Shown piece by piece: positions 53,401-64,000 of a stretch of 64,000 bases of DNA (its first letter is position 1; each line of letters starts with the position of its first letter). The DNA comes from Octopus sinensis (Eukaryota). The notes beneath the pieces were generated by a model, which made no database searches, was not told the DNA's origin, and was given only the letters and a program-made list of their open reading frames with translations. The position numbers and the translations under genes are program-made. The stretch is from contig NC_042998.1 of NCBI RefSeq assembly GCF_006345805.1, positions 89,342,001-89,406,000 of the forward strand, read 5' to 3'.

Positions 53401-56010
53401 GTATGCTACTTCTGATATTTAGTAGCCTCCCTGTCTGTTTTACAGAAATATGATTTTAAAATGAAGACGATTGCTCTGAATAACGGAAAATATATTCAAT
53501 ATATTTTAACATAATTTTGATACAAGACCAGCAATTATTTTTTAGGAGGAAGGGCAAATCGATTATATCGACCCCAGTGATTGACTGGCATTTTATATGG
53601 GTTTTTGATAAGGAAACAATATATTACAATCATTACTTCTGAAACTGCTAAATATCTTACATTAAGTTAAAGATTTAGAATTGCTACTATTAACATTTGT
53701 GGAGCGGCGATAAATATATAGCTTCTAAATCGTGTACTTTGTATTCTTCATGTCTTCCAGTGAAACCAAAGGGGCCCAAATACACACAATCATACTAAAC
53801 CTGCTGTTTTATTCTGTTACTAATGCTAATCATAATTAAAAACTACTTAAAATAAATCGAATCAAAGCGGGAACCTTTACGTGGTATCTCGACTTTCTAG
53901 AAACGGCAATCAAACTTCCATTAATAACACTACTTCTTAGAAAATGATTCATTGAATTTTGTTGCCTACAGTATAAAATACTCGATAAAGATTGGATGGT
54001 CATGAACGGAGTAACTTTGATTTTGGGTCTCCTAAATGCCGCTGGATATAAATGAGGAGCTTACTTTTTCAAAACCGGTATAAATGCATATTCGGTCGAT
54101 TTCATGATAACTATTAAAACACAATCTGCAAGCTTCTGGCTTCACTCACGTGAATCTTTTTTCAGTCAAACTGGGAAAGATGCCATATAGACAGTAGGCG
54201 AATCTTAGTCTTCTAATCAAAATCAGATATATTTGAGTTGTTGCTTTAAACAATTACTCAAAAGTTATTTCGATGCATATATCTGGTTTTGAGAGTAAGC
54301 TCTTCATATGTTTTCTCAGCCAACAACTTGAGAAAACAGTGGAGAAATAACTGGAACAATAAAATGATGAAATATTGATAATCAGGATTTTATACTTTCG
54401 AATGCCAGTTTTCATTGGGGGACATCATCAAAACTTTTTTGGCAGAAGACGCTCAATTAAGTTTATGCTAGAACCGTGGGAGAAAATTTTCTTAATGTCC
54501 ATTCATGATTTTTAGGCTAGCACAGTTTGACGCACTATTTTGGGGATTGGTAAGTATTTTGGCCACATAGTGATTCAAATAAATTTTATTACATATCAAT
54601 TTTCTCAAGATAGGTTTTCAGTACTTGCTGTGTAGCAAGCGCAACAGATTTAAACCCACAATTTTAAACCTACGCAAAAATAAAATAAAATCTATTAGTT
54701 GCCCTAGATTTTCGCCGTCTGCATGTGCAAAATGGCATAGTAACTTTGTAACTTCAGCTGCAAAGCTAATGTGTTGTTTAGTGTAAATAAAAGTAATTTC
54801 AGGTTATATGATACGAAAAACAAGAAACTTGTACATAAAATAGTTTAAATCATTAACATGGTCATTCTATAACAGATTCTTTTACTAGATTCAGAGTTCA
54901 ACTGGCTAAATAGATAAATAAAATTTTTAAATAAAATTTTGTGTTAAAACGAAGCAAGCTTATAAATTATATATTTATAATAATTCACTTTTTAATATTC
55001 GAGCAAATCTAATCTTGCAATCTTTAAATGTAACAGCCGGGAGAAAATATATCCTGAAGTCAAGCTATAAAATTGTTCGTTTTTATTTTTATTTTTCTTC
55101 TTTTCCTCGGCTGTCAAACGTCTGTAAGAAACGAACAGATTCCTGATATGTTTCCCCAAGCTTAAATATTAACACTGAATGATATGAAAACGGATACTTC
55201 TCTAGAAAACTGTCCTAATTCTTCAAACATTCCATAATGTTAAATTTTCTTCATATTAGGCCTATATCAGCCGAGCCATAAAGAACACTTACTTTCTAGA
55301 CGTTCTCATTATATAATTATTATAAAAGAAATTGCAGTTTGAAAATAATTTATGTTAATTTATGTCTTAAATAAATCCAGATGCATTTATTGTGCTATTT
55401 TGTAACTTTCGGTTTACCCCATTTTATACAGCAAGTAAATACAAAATAAATGATGTAGTAGAGTATGTGTTATTTGACACACAAATGCCTACTAGAAAGT
55501 ACTCATACATTTCAGAGTGATACAAGATAACACTATATTCTAGTGACTTACTAATATCAACTCTGAACAGGCAAAGGACGGAATCAAATACTACAATACC
55601 TGATTTCTGGGCGTGATATACATAGATAAAAGAAAAACTGGACTAAATTGCCCATACTTAGTCATTAAGCTAAGTTTTTTCTTTACTTATGGGTATAATT
55701 TTGATTAATTATATTTATTTGGCTCATAACATTAAATATGTGGTAACTTATTTCTTTATTTTTCATCGCAGTGAGCGTCCTTGTGAAATCCAACTCCACA
55801 TCCTGTCTTGAGTCAGACTACAATCTATGAGTTGGCACATTCGAAGAGATTTCTCTTTATGTAAAATATTTTTTTAAAATTGGGATTGTGTAACTTCTCC
55901 AACAAAAATAGAGTATCTTTATTCAGCACATTTTCCTCGTGTGTTTGTAATGTAAGTTATCTTGTATGTAGATTAAATTGAAATTAGCATATAGATAACT
56001 TTTCGTAGTT

Positions 56011-56172
56011 GTGGCTCGTGGCTTAGTGGTTAGGGTGTTGGCCTCGTGATTTTAAGATTGTGGTTTTGACTCCAAGACCGGGTAGTGCGTTCTTTTCTTG
56101 AGGAAAACACTTGAATTCATGTTACCCCAATCCACTCAACCGGGAAAATGAGTAATCCTGCGACCAACCAGC
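56011..56172 (+). mobile_element. Decayed tRNA-derived SINE head
   Basis: TGGCTTAGTGGTTAGGG A box, an eroded B box and a TTGAGGAAAACACTT core. Confidence 0.6.
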
Positions 56173-56182
56173 ATATATATGA

Positions 56183-56472
56183 GGATGCATGGCCTAGTGG
56201 TTATAGTGTTGGATTCACGATCGCGAGATCGTGGTTTCAATTCCTAGACCAGGTGGTGTGTTGTGTTCTTGAGTAAAACACTTCATCTCATGTTGCTCTC
56301 CGATAGTTCGACACCTGACACGTGGCAAACAGTGCACCTGTTCAGACAACGTCGATTTGATGGAAAGAGTGAGCTAATATACGGCACGGACATTTGATCA
56401 CTTTAAACAATTCATTTGTGCAGGTTGTTCGACAAAAGCTGAACGCTCATTCGTCGTCTTCGACAGCAGTCC
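56183..56472 (+). mobile_element. tRNA-derived SINE
   Basis: TGGCCTAGTGGTTA A box, GGTTTCAATTCC B box and a TGTGTTCTTGAGTAAAACACTT core. Confidence 0.7.
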
Positions 56473-58296
56473 AAATTTGTATACATGTGTGTGTATGTTT
56501 GTGTGTGTGCATGTGTGTAAATGTGTGTGTGTGTGTGTGTGTGTGTAATGTTTGAAAAACAAATACTGGTGTTATACATTGATATATAAATTGGTTGAAC
56601 ACATTGTCCCCTTTATACCCAATATTTTCATATTCCGACATGTTTCTGCATTCGTAACATGCTTTGTCTTCGCAATATATCTGTAAGTAGAATGAAGGCA
56701 TATATGGATTTAACAGACATTATAACCAAGAATGTGGAGCTAACGAATCCAAAGACTTAATATGCTTAAAATGTTTATATCGCAAATTTCACTTTTGCAC
56801 TTGCTGTACTTGATAAACATATATATATATATATATAAAACTTGCACTCCCAAAAGAACAAAATATAGTAATAATAGCCTCGAACACTGTGTTCAGATGT
56901 ACTTCACCATATGTGATGATATGTGTTGGCGGCAGGACCATTAAGATGGGGAAGCTCAGCCAGTATAATGGTACGGGACCCAAAGGAATGGGCGCCTTCT
57001 AATAAAATAAGAGCTCACCAACCTTTAAGTTTTAAGAGCGCCTCTTCGTGTTGAGGTTCGTTTTTATTTTTCTTCCACTTTGCTTAAAATTTTCTATCGG
57101 TGGCCTTGTGGAGAGGAAACCATAAGACATACTCACACGTCATCTACTTCATATATATCGTTTGTGGTTACCACTAAAACCTATGGTCCTACTGTGGAAA
57201 GATTAATGGACTGGCACACCGCATCTCACAAAATGCATCCGCTACCTGTCGGAGTGTACAAGATCGTCCTCTGTTAGCTGCAGCCTTGAGCACCTGCATG
57301 ATCTGAAGTTAGTTCAAGCAACTTAGCATCTGACATTAGTCTACTGGATGAGATTAACTAGAGATTAATCATCATTATAACAATGTAAATATTGTTTTCT
57401 AATGAATAAAGAATGGCATATAAAATATAAAATCATTTCGTTGAGATTATTTGAAGAAAGAAAAGGAATTTTTTCTTTTAATATTTCGCGTGTTCTGTAT
57501 AATTCCGTAGTTTTCTTGGCGTGATTAACAGGAATAACTATCAAATTTATTTCCTTGTGTATTATTGTATATAATGTTTTAAGTTGATATTTTTCGAATG
57601 ACAGTTTACAGCAAGTAACCTAAGATGTGTTGTATCATTTGTAAACTGATTAGGAGTTATCAAATGTCGATGTACATCCGCTAAGTAATCGTCTCAAATC
57701 TCTAATGGTGTGTGAAACTTTGGTTTTTAAGGAGTTTGTTTGCATTGTTTATGAGGTGTAAGCACACAAACAAAAACTCGCACACATTCCTATTTATATA
57801 CACACCTGCAGTTTGTACAGACACACAGGCACACATACACACGCACATAGCGATATATATATATATATATATATATATTTAGTGTAAATATATTATGCGT
57901 GTATGAGTGTATATGCATGTGTGTATGCATGCACATCTTATACTCAATATATCACTCTATTTCAATTTGATCTTTTTAACAAATCATGCTTCATATTTCT
58001 TTATTAGTCTTTTACGTTTTGTCTCCGACAATGGCTTTCTTATGCCCCTAACTTTTCAACTAACTTTTCTCGACGCCACTTACTGCTTGAAGCGGTGATA
58101 GTCGTATATTGTTGCTGAAGATACACCTCTGCGAACTATAATTAACATGGAAGACAAATAAACAAATATTTAAAAAATATTTTTAAAAAATCATTCCGTT
58201 TGAATTCCTCATGTGGTGTACTTAAATTGATATATTTGAAAGAATAGAGAAAATATTTACGAAATGCTTTCCCAGCGTGGTCCCAGTCCAGTGTGG

Positions 58297-58740
58297 AGGG
58301 TGTTTATTGGACAACCTGTGGAATGAAAAACAAAACCCAGCAAGGGGCGGAGGAACTCTTGAGAGTCAACGGCCATCCAATAAATGTCTTAAGGCTGTAT
58401 CATGCGCGGAGACATAGAAATAATCGAACTGAATACTCTATCGCACGGTTAAACCATTGGGAGTGAAGGACTCCAAGCCTTTGTTAGGGCATCATTCTAG
58501 GAGAAGGTAACTCAGGTAACTGGGATAACTCCGACATAAAACCTGCGGCTCGGTGGTTACCGATGATGTTGACTTGCTCTTCTTTTCGGATTATGGCTTC
58601 TGTTGCTTAGTGAGTGGGATTGACTCAGTGCACAGCCTTTTCTCACTTAAAAAAAGATCTTCTTGCACAGGCATTGCACGATAACAACATTGATTAAGCT
58701 TTGTGCAATGGCCATACTCGATAACGAGGGGGCAGCCACT
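58297..58740 (+). mobile_element. Bipartite non-autonomous RTE-derived element, copy 2
   Basis: Colinear with 838-1400, with a deletion of roughly 100 bp near the 3' end. Confidence 0.65.
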
Positions 58741-58787
58741 ATGTATGTATGTGTGTGTATGAATAACTATATGTGTGTGTGTGTGAA

Positions 58788-59117
58788 GGCGCATGGCTCA
58801 GTGGTTAGAGCGCCGAGCTTACGATCGTGAGGTTGTGAGTTCGAATCCCGGACGGGGCTGCGCGTTGTGCTCTTGAGCAAGCGACTTTAATTCACGTTGC
58901 TCCAGTTTACTCAGCTGTAGAAATGAGTTGCGACGTCACAGGTGCCAAGCTGTGCCGGCCTTTGCCTTTCCCATGGATAACACTGGTGGCGTGGAGAGGG
59001 AGGCTGGTATGCACGGGCGACTGCTGGTCTTCCATAAACAACCTTGCCCGGACCTGTACCTGGGAGGGTAACTTTCTAGGTGCAATCCCGTGGTCAGTCA
59101 TGACCGAAGGGGGTCTC
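58788..59117 (+). mobile_element. tRNA-derived SINE (family D), full length
   Basis: Head GGCGCATGGCTCAGTGGTTAGAGCG...GAGTTCGAATCCCGG; homologous to 31367-31715. Confidence 0.88.
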
Positions 59118-59134
59118 AGTAAGATATATATATA

Positions 59135-59212
<78 letters not shown>

Positions 59213-60159
59213 CATGCATGTATGCATAGTATATGCAAACATATCAAATAATTCTTTAGCTAACTAATCTAACAGGAATATAAATTGAATGAATTCTAAT
59301 AGAAACTGGTATTTCAGTGAATTCCAGTTTCTATTCAACGCGGTAAGCAGATAATAAACGTAAAAATATCGTTATGGTTTATTTAATCATTAGTTGCAAA
59401 ATTCTAGTAAATCTTCACCTTGGACACTAGATAAACCGGCATCCTTACACTGTTCAGAGCTAGAATTTTCTGTTATAGATCCTGGATTTGGTCATGGTTA
59501 CTTTCTTCGAGTAATACATCGTTCTCCGTGCATTCAAAGACATTACAAATGTCATATTTTAAAACTATTCTTAACCACTTCTTCTTTTACAGTGTTACAT
59601 GAACTTGTAAAACACTCAGACACCTTTGTAATGATGGGCCTGTTCCTGCTTCATGTCAGTGAGAATTCAAAATCTGTAACCGAAATCTATTCGTTTCATT
59701 TTCCCTTCATGAATCTTTTAAATGAGGTATTTATTGCGGCCTCTTAACGTTGCAACTGCGGTAGATCACTTGTAGTTACAGATAAAAGAATCATCAGTTG
59801 TCCAACTTTTCTCTTATGAGCTAGAAACTTGTCTCAACTTTTTGAATTGCCTACCTGGACCCCTTGACCCACACCTTGATTAACCGTAGGTTGCATTCCA
59901 CCTTTTAGACGGACTTCATTGGGTATTCTTTGTTTTGGTAATGTCTTTATTATAAAAGAAAAGGTGACAGGTTGTTTCCTCGTGTTTATGCAGCTGCCTA
60001 GAGAGACTTCCTATGGCTACATGTTTTAACAGTCACAAATTTTGTATCTTTGTTCGATGGCACTCCAAATGTTGGAGAAACTTCGTGTATGTATATATAT
60101 TTTTGCGTGTATGTGTTACTCTTATTGTAGAGCTCATACTATGACTTTATTCTTTTATT

Positions 60160-60664
<505 letters not shown>

Positions 60665-61880
60665 ATAAATCTGAAGAACCATAAATTTGATTCCCTAAAA
60701 CACTTGATGTCTTTGTTCGTGGTTTTTAATTTTGAATGTTGAATAATTATTTTGGAGGGTACTGAAATACTTTAACTTTTGGGGAATTAAGCACACTACC
60801 TATGTGTTTAATTTTCTTAGATTTGAATAATATACAGTTTTCATACGAAGACATTGATTTTTTTTTCTTGCAGCATTCATTTAATCTTTTTATTACTTCC
60901 AAATTTTTACCATTTTATCAGTTTGCGGTGGAGAAAAATTCAGCCCGGCTACCCTTTCATGGAATCTAAAATATAAAGCTTAAATTAAATGTCATGGTGA
61001 TGCTTTCGTTGATTTTGAGCCATGGGTTTAAAGGCAGTAGCAAATTTACTGTAAATCAAACTGTTTGGGGAATACTCAAATCCAGATCTATTTCTTGAGC
61101 AGAACAGCTAAGTATGTGCTGTTTATTTACATATTTGTCAAGAAACTTACCAGCAACATGTGAAACATATTTTTTGCTCTGGTTTTGTATTGCCGCAATC
61201 TGACACAAGGGTATAGCGCCATCGCCTTTATCTCGTAGTCACCCATTTGTTTTCTGACCGATGAAAGGTTGCGGTCGACAACATTCCTTTAATGTTTCTA
61301 GAATCAGTCTTCATTTACCAGTATATAATAAACAAATATTTCCTAAAGGTAACAAAGTCATTAAATAGTGTAAGCGATATATCTGGTGTGGGTTACATAT
61401 ACTGAGGAAGGAAGTTCAGAAAACCTTTTGCCTAAAGTAGAAAACAACATCTTTGTTTTCACTTAAACTACTTTTACTGCATTCCTTCCTTTGGTTCTAT
61501 ATCTATACAGGATTCGTTATTCACATATTAAGTAAACAAACAAAAAATGATCTCCAGTTTGAATACATTGACTGATATACGATGAAATGTTTTACGCATC
61601 GAAGAAAATAGTGAATCAAGGTTGTCTTCAATCTATGCCGAAAGTTTGTGAATGTGTATATGGATAATGTACTTACATAGTAAATTCCTACACTCACAGC
61701 GCAGGCACACACACACAAACACACAAAACACACACACATACTCTCATGCACACACAAACACACACACACATACACATATATACATGTATATATCTATGTA
61801 TGCATATATGTGTGTGAGTATGTATGTGCGTGTATTTGCATGCATCTATTTGTTCATGATTGAATTCATGCATATATATA

Positions 61881-61943
<63 letters not shown>

Positions 61944-61944
61944 T

Positions 61945-62160
61945 GTTTTTGTTGTTGTTGGCATCCTTTTTGTCTCGGGAGACAATGGAGTTGCGCATAA
62001 AATAATCTAGTCCGGCTTTTACATTTCGTGTCCTAATACATCTCCTGCTGTGGCTGTAGTCCTATCCTGGACAAACAATCCCTCTGCCAGGTGCCGCAAA
62101 TGTAGCGAAGACTTTGCTTGGCTGGTTGTAATGTCATAGTTTCTTGTTGACGTCTTTTCT
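61945..62160 (-). mobile_element. RTE LINE 3' end
   Basis: Minus-strand YICGTWQRDCLSRIGL.SHSRRC (RTE C-terminal zinc-finger-like motif), followed by the tail CCATTGTCTCCCGAGACAAAAAGGATGCC(AAC)n. Confidence 0.75.
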
Positions 62161-62213
<53 letters not shown>

Positions 62214-62459
62214 AGAGAACGACAGAAAGAAATATAGAGAGATAATATATAGGTATAAAGTGTTGGGTTTACATAGGAGGAGTTGATTTATATAAAAATG
62301 TGAAAAGTATACACGGTGTACAACAAAACAAAGAAAGAAAGTTTACGTAGTATACAAAATGTCACAGTAATGTGGCCCTCTTGATACTGGAGGACTTCTA
62401 CGAATAACCAAGTAACCAAACGTCCAAGATATATATATATATTGTGTGAGTGTGTGTAG

Positions 62460-62720
62460 TGTTGTTATATTTCGGGATGGTCTTTTTTTTGTTTTTTGTC
62501 AAATAGAATGGACTAAACGGAGCAAGAAGATACACGCAGACGGAAAAGGTCGCTGAAAAAGTCACTGTGACGGAAGATTTCCGAACAATGGAAATAAGAC
62601 AAAATAAGAGCAGTAATAAAGGAAGTAATAAACGAGTGAAGACCGAATACATAGTGCTTATATGTGCTTATTTGGCAAAATCTCAAAAAAAAAAAATGAC
62701 CATCCCGAAATATAGCAATA
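62460..62720. mobile_element. MITE with ~45-bp imperfect TIRs
   Basis: Left end TGTTGTTATATTTCGGGATGGTC..TTTTGTCAAATA pairs with right end TATTTGGCAAAA..GACCATCCCGAAATATAGCAATA. Confidence 0.75.
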
Positions 62721-62862
62721 TCTTTCAGTACACGGTTTCACATCAGGAATCTTGCAACACATGAGTTGTTTTGACTCTTATTACTACTAAGCACCCTCTG
62801 TCACTTTAGTGACGTCTATAATTTTGCCTTTAGGTTGTTAAAATGCTAGTAAGCCATCCATT

Positions 62863-62905
<43 letters not shown>

Positions 62906-63386
62906 TTAACTTATTAAACACAGTTCAACAATTCATTCATATTTATGTAAATGATAAAATTGAGAATAGTTTTTATTATTCATCTTGCTATACATTGTTT
63001 CGTACAGAAAAGCAAGATATTGAAATAAGAAAATCTGAGTTGTCAGAAAGTACTCGTCGAAAGCTTATATAAAAACTAAAAAGACGTAAGAACTATATAG
63101 GTATGGTGTTATCAATCATTTTGCAATGGGTTCTTGTAATTGGAGTCATGTCTATTTAAACAACACCAGTCTTGGATAAAAACTATTATACATTTTAACA
63201 GCTAATCTCCCCCATTTACATAAATGTGAATGAAGTTGTTGAACTGTATTTAAGAAGTTGATATTTCTATGTAAGTTTTCATATCTACACAAATTTACAC
63301 TAGTAAATTTAAAAGTAAAGTATGAAGAAACAACGTTAGAAATCTTTGGAAATTACTCCAATTAATGGGCGAACTCGCATTCAACC

Positions 63387-63488
<102 letters not shown>

Positions 63489-64000
63489 TAAATGTATATA
63501 TATAATATATATAATATATATGTATATGTACATATATATATATATATGAATATATATATATATAATAGATAGATAGATAGATATGATATAATATATATAT
63601 ATACACATATTATATTACTGTAATAATAATAATAAACAATTGAATGGAATTTATGAATATTTTAATGCATCGTTACGCGCGTTTCCACAACTCAGATGTT
63701 TCTTAAGGTCATAGGCCTTATTCCTGGGATGATTACACTGCGGTTCGTAGTATCTATGGAAATCACATAGATCATGTCCATGCATTCATTTCTTCGGGCA
63801 ATATAGCTTTAATGGATGTTTAATTGATAGTTGTTTATCAAAAATGATCAATGAAAAGGTTGATTGTGGTATGTGGGCATTTCTATGTGTATTTTGTGAG
63901 GAGGAGTGGAAGGTGATTGAAAGAGAGGAATGGTAGTTATATGGAGATGGAGGTGCGTGTGGTGATATGGACTTATTTTACTTTTACATATATATATGTG

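Noticed and set aside
54504-55860. Possible plus-strand exons (TTTTTAG...G|GTAAGT at ~54514-54550; TTTTTCATCGCAG acceptor at ~55771)
   Set aside because: The splice-like signals have no recognisable coding content and are expected by chance in AT-rich DNA.
58788-58860. tRNA genes at SINE heads (also 31367, 56011, 56183, 24240)
   Set aside because: They have A/B boxes but no complete cloverleaf, and continue into shared SINE bodies.
59298-59335. Short hairpin AATAGAAACTGG...CCAGTTTCTATT
   Set aside because: The 12-bp AT-rich stem is too short for a pre-miRNA and is plausible by chance or local foldback.

Overview
AT-rich eukaryotic DNA, very dense in microsatellites and transposable-element remnants. 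The SINE families and the (TA)n/(TATG)n/(TCTA)n landscape suggest an Octopus (coleoid cephalopod) intergenic or intronic region; this is inferred, not proven. I found no intact host protein-coding gene, and most ORFs in the track are microsatellite translations or TE fragments. Supported contents: three decayed mariner transposons with TIRs; restriction-like-endonuclease non-LTR fragments (R4/Dong-like x3, HERO-like); RTE and RTE-X remnants, including two bipartite non-autonomous RTE copies; a Helitron RepHel remnant with 69-bp (23-aa) repeats; a cleanly delimited non-autonomous Helitron; many tRNA-derived SINEs; a MITE; a decayed tRNA-Leu-type gene; and a near-identical 1.66-kb tandem duplication. 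The best unexplained signal is a locally triplicated ~270-bp non-coding module (about 9.4, 11.0 and 12.5 kb) with invariant motif blocks. Two long pre-miRNA-sized hairpins and several hammerhead-like word arrangements in retroelement remnants are also worth checking.
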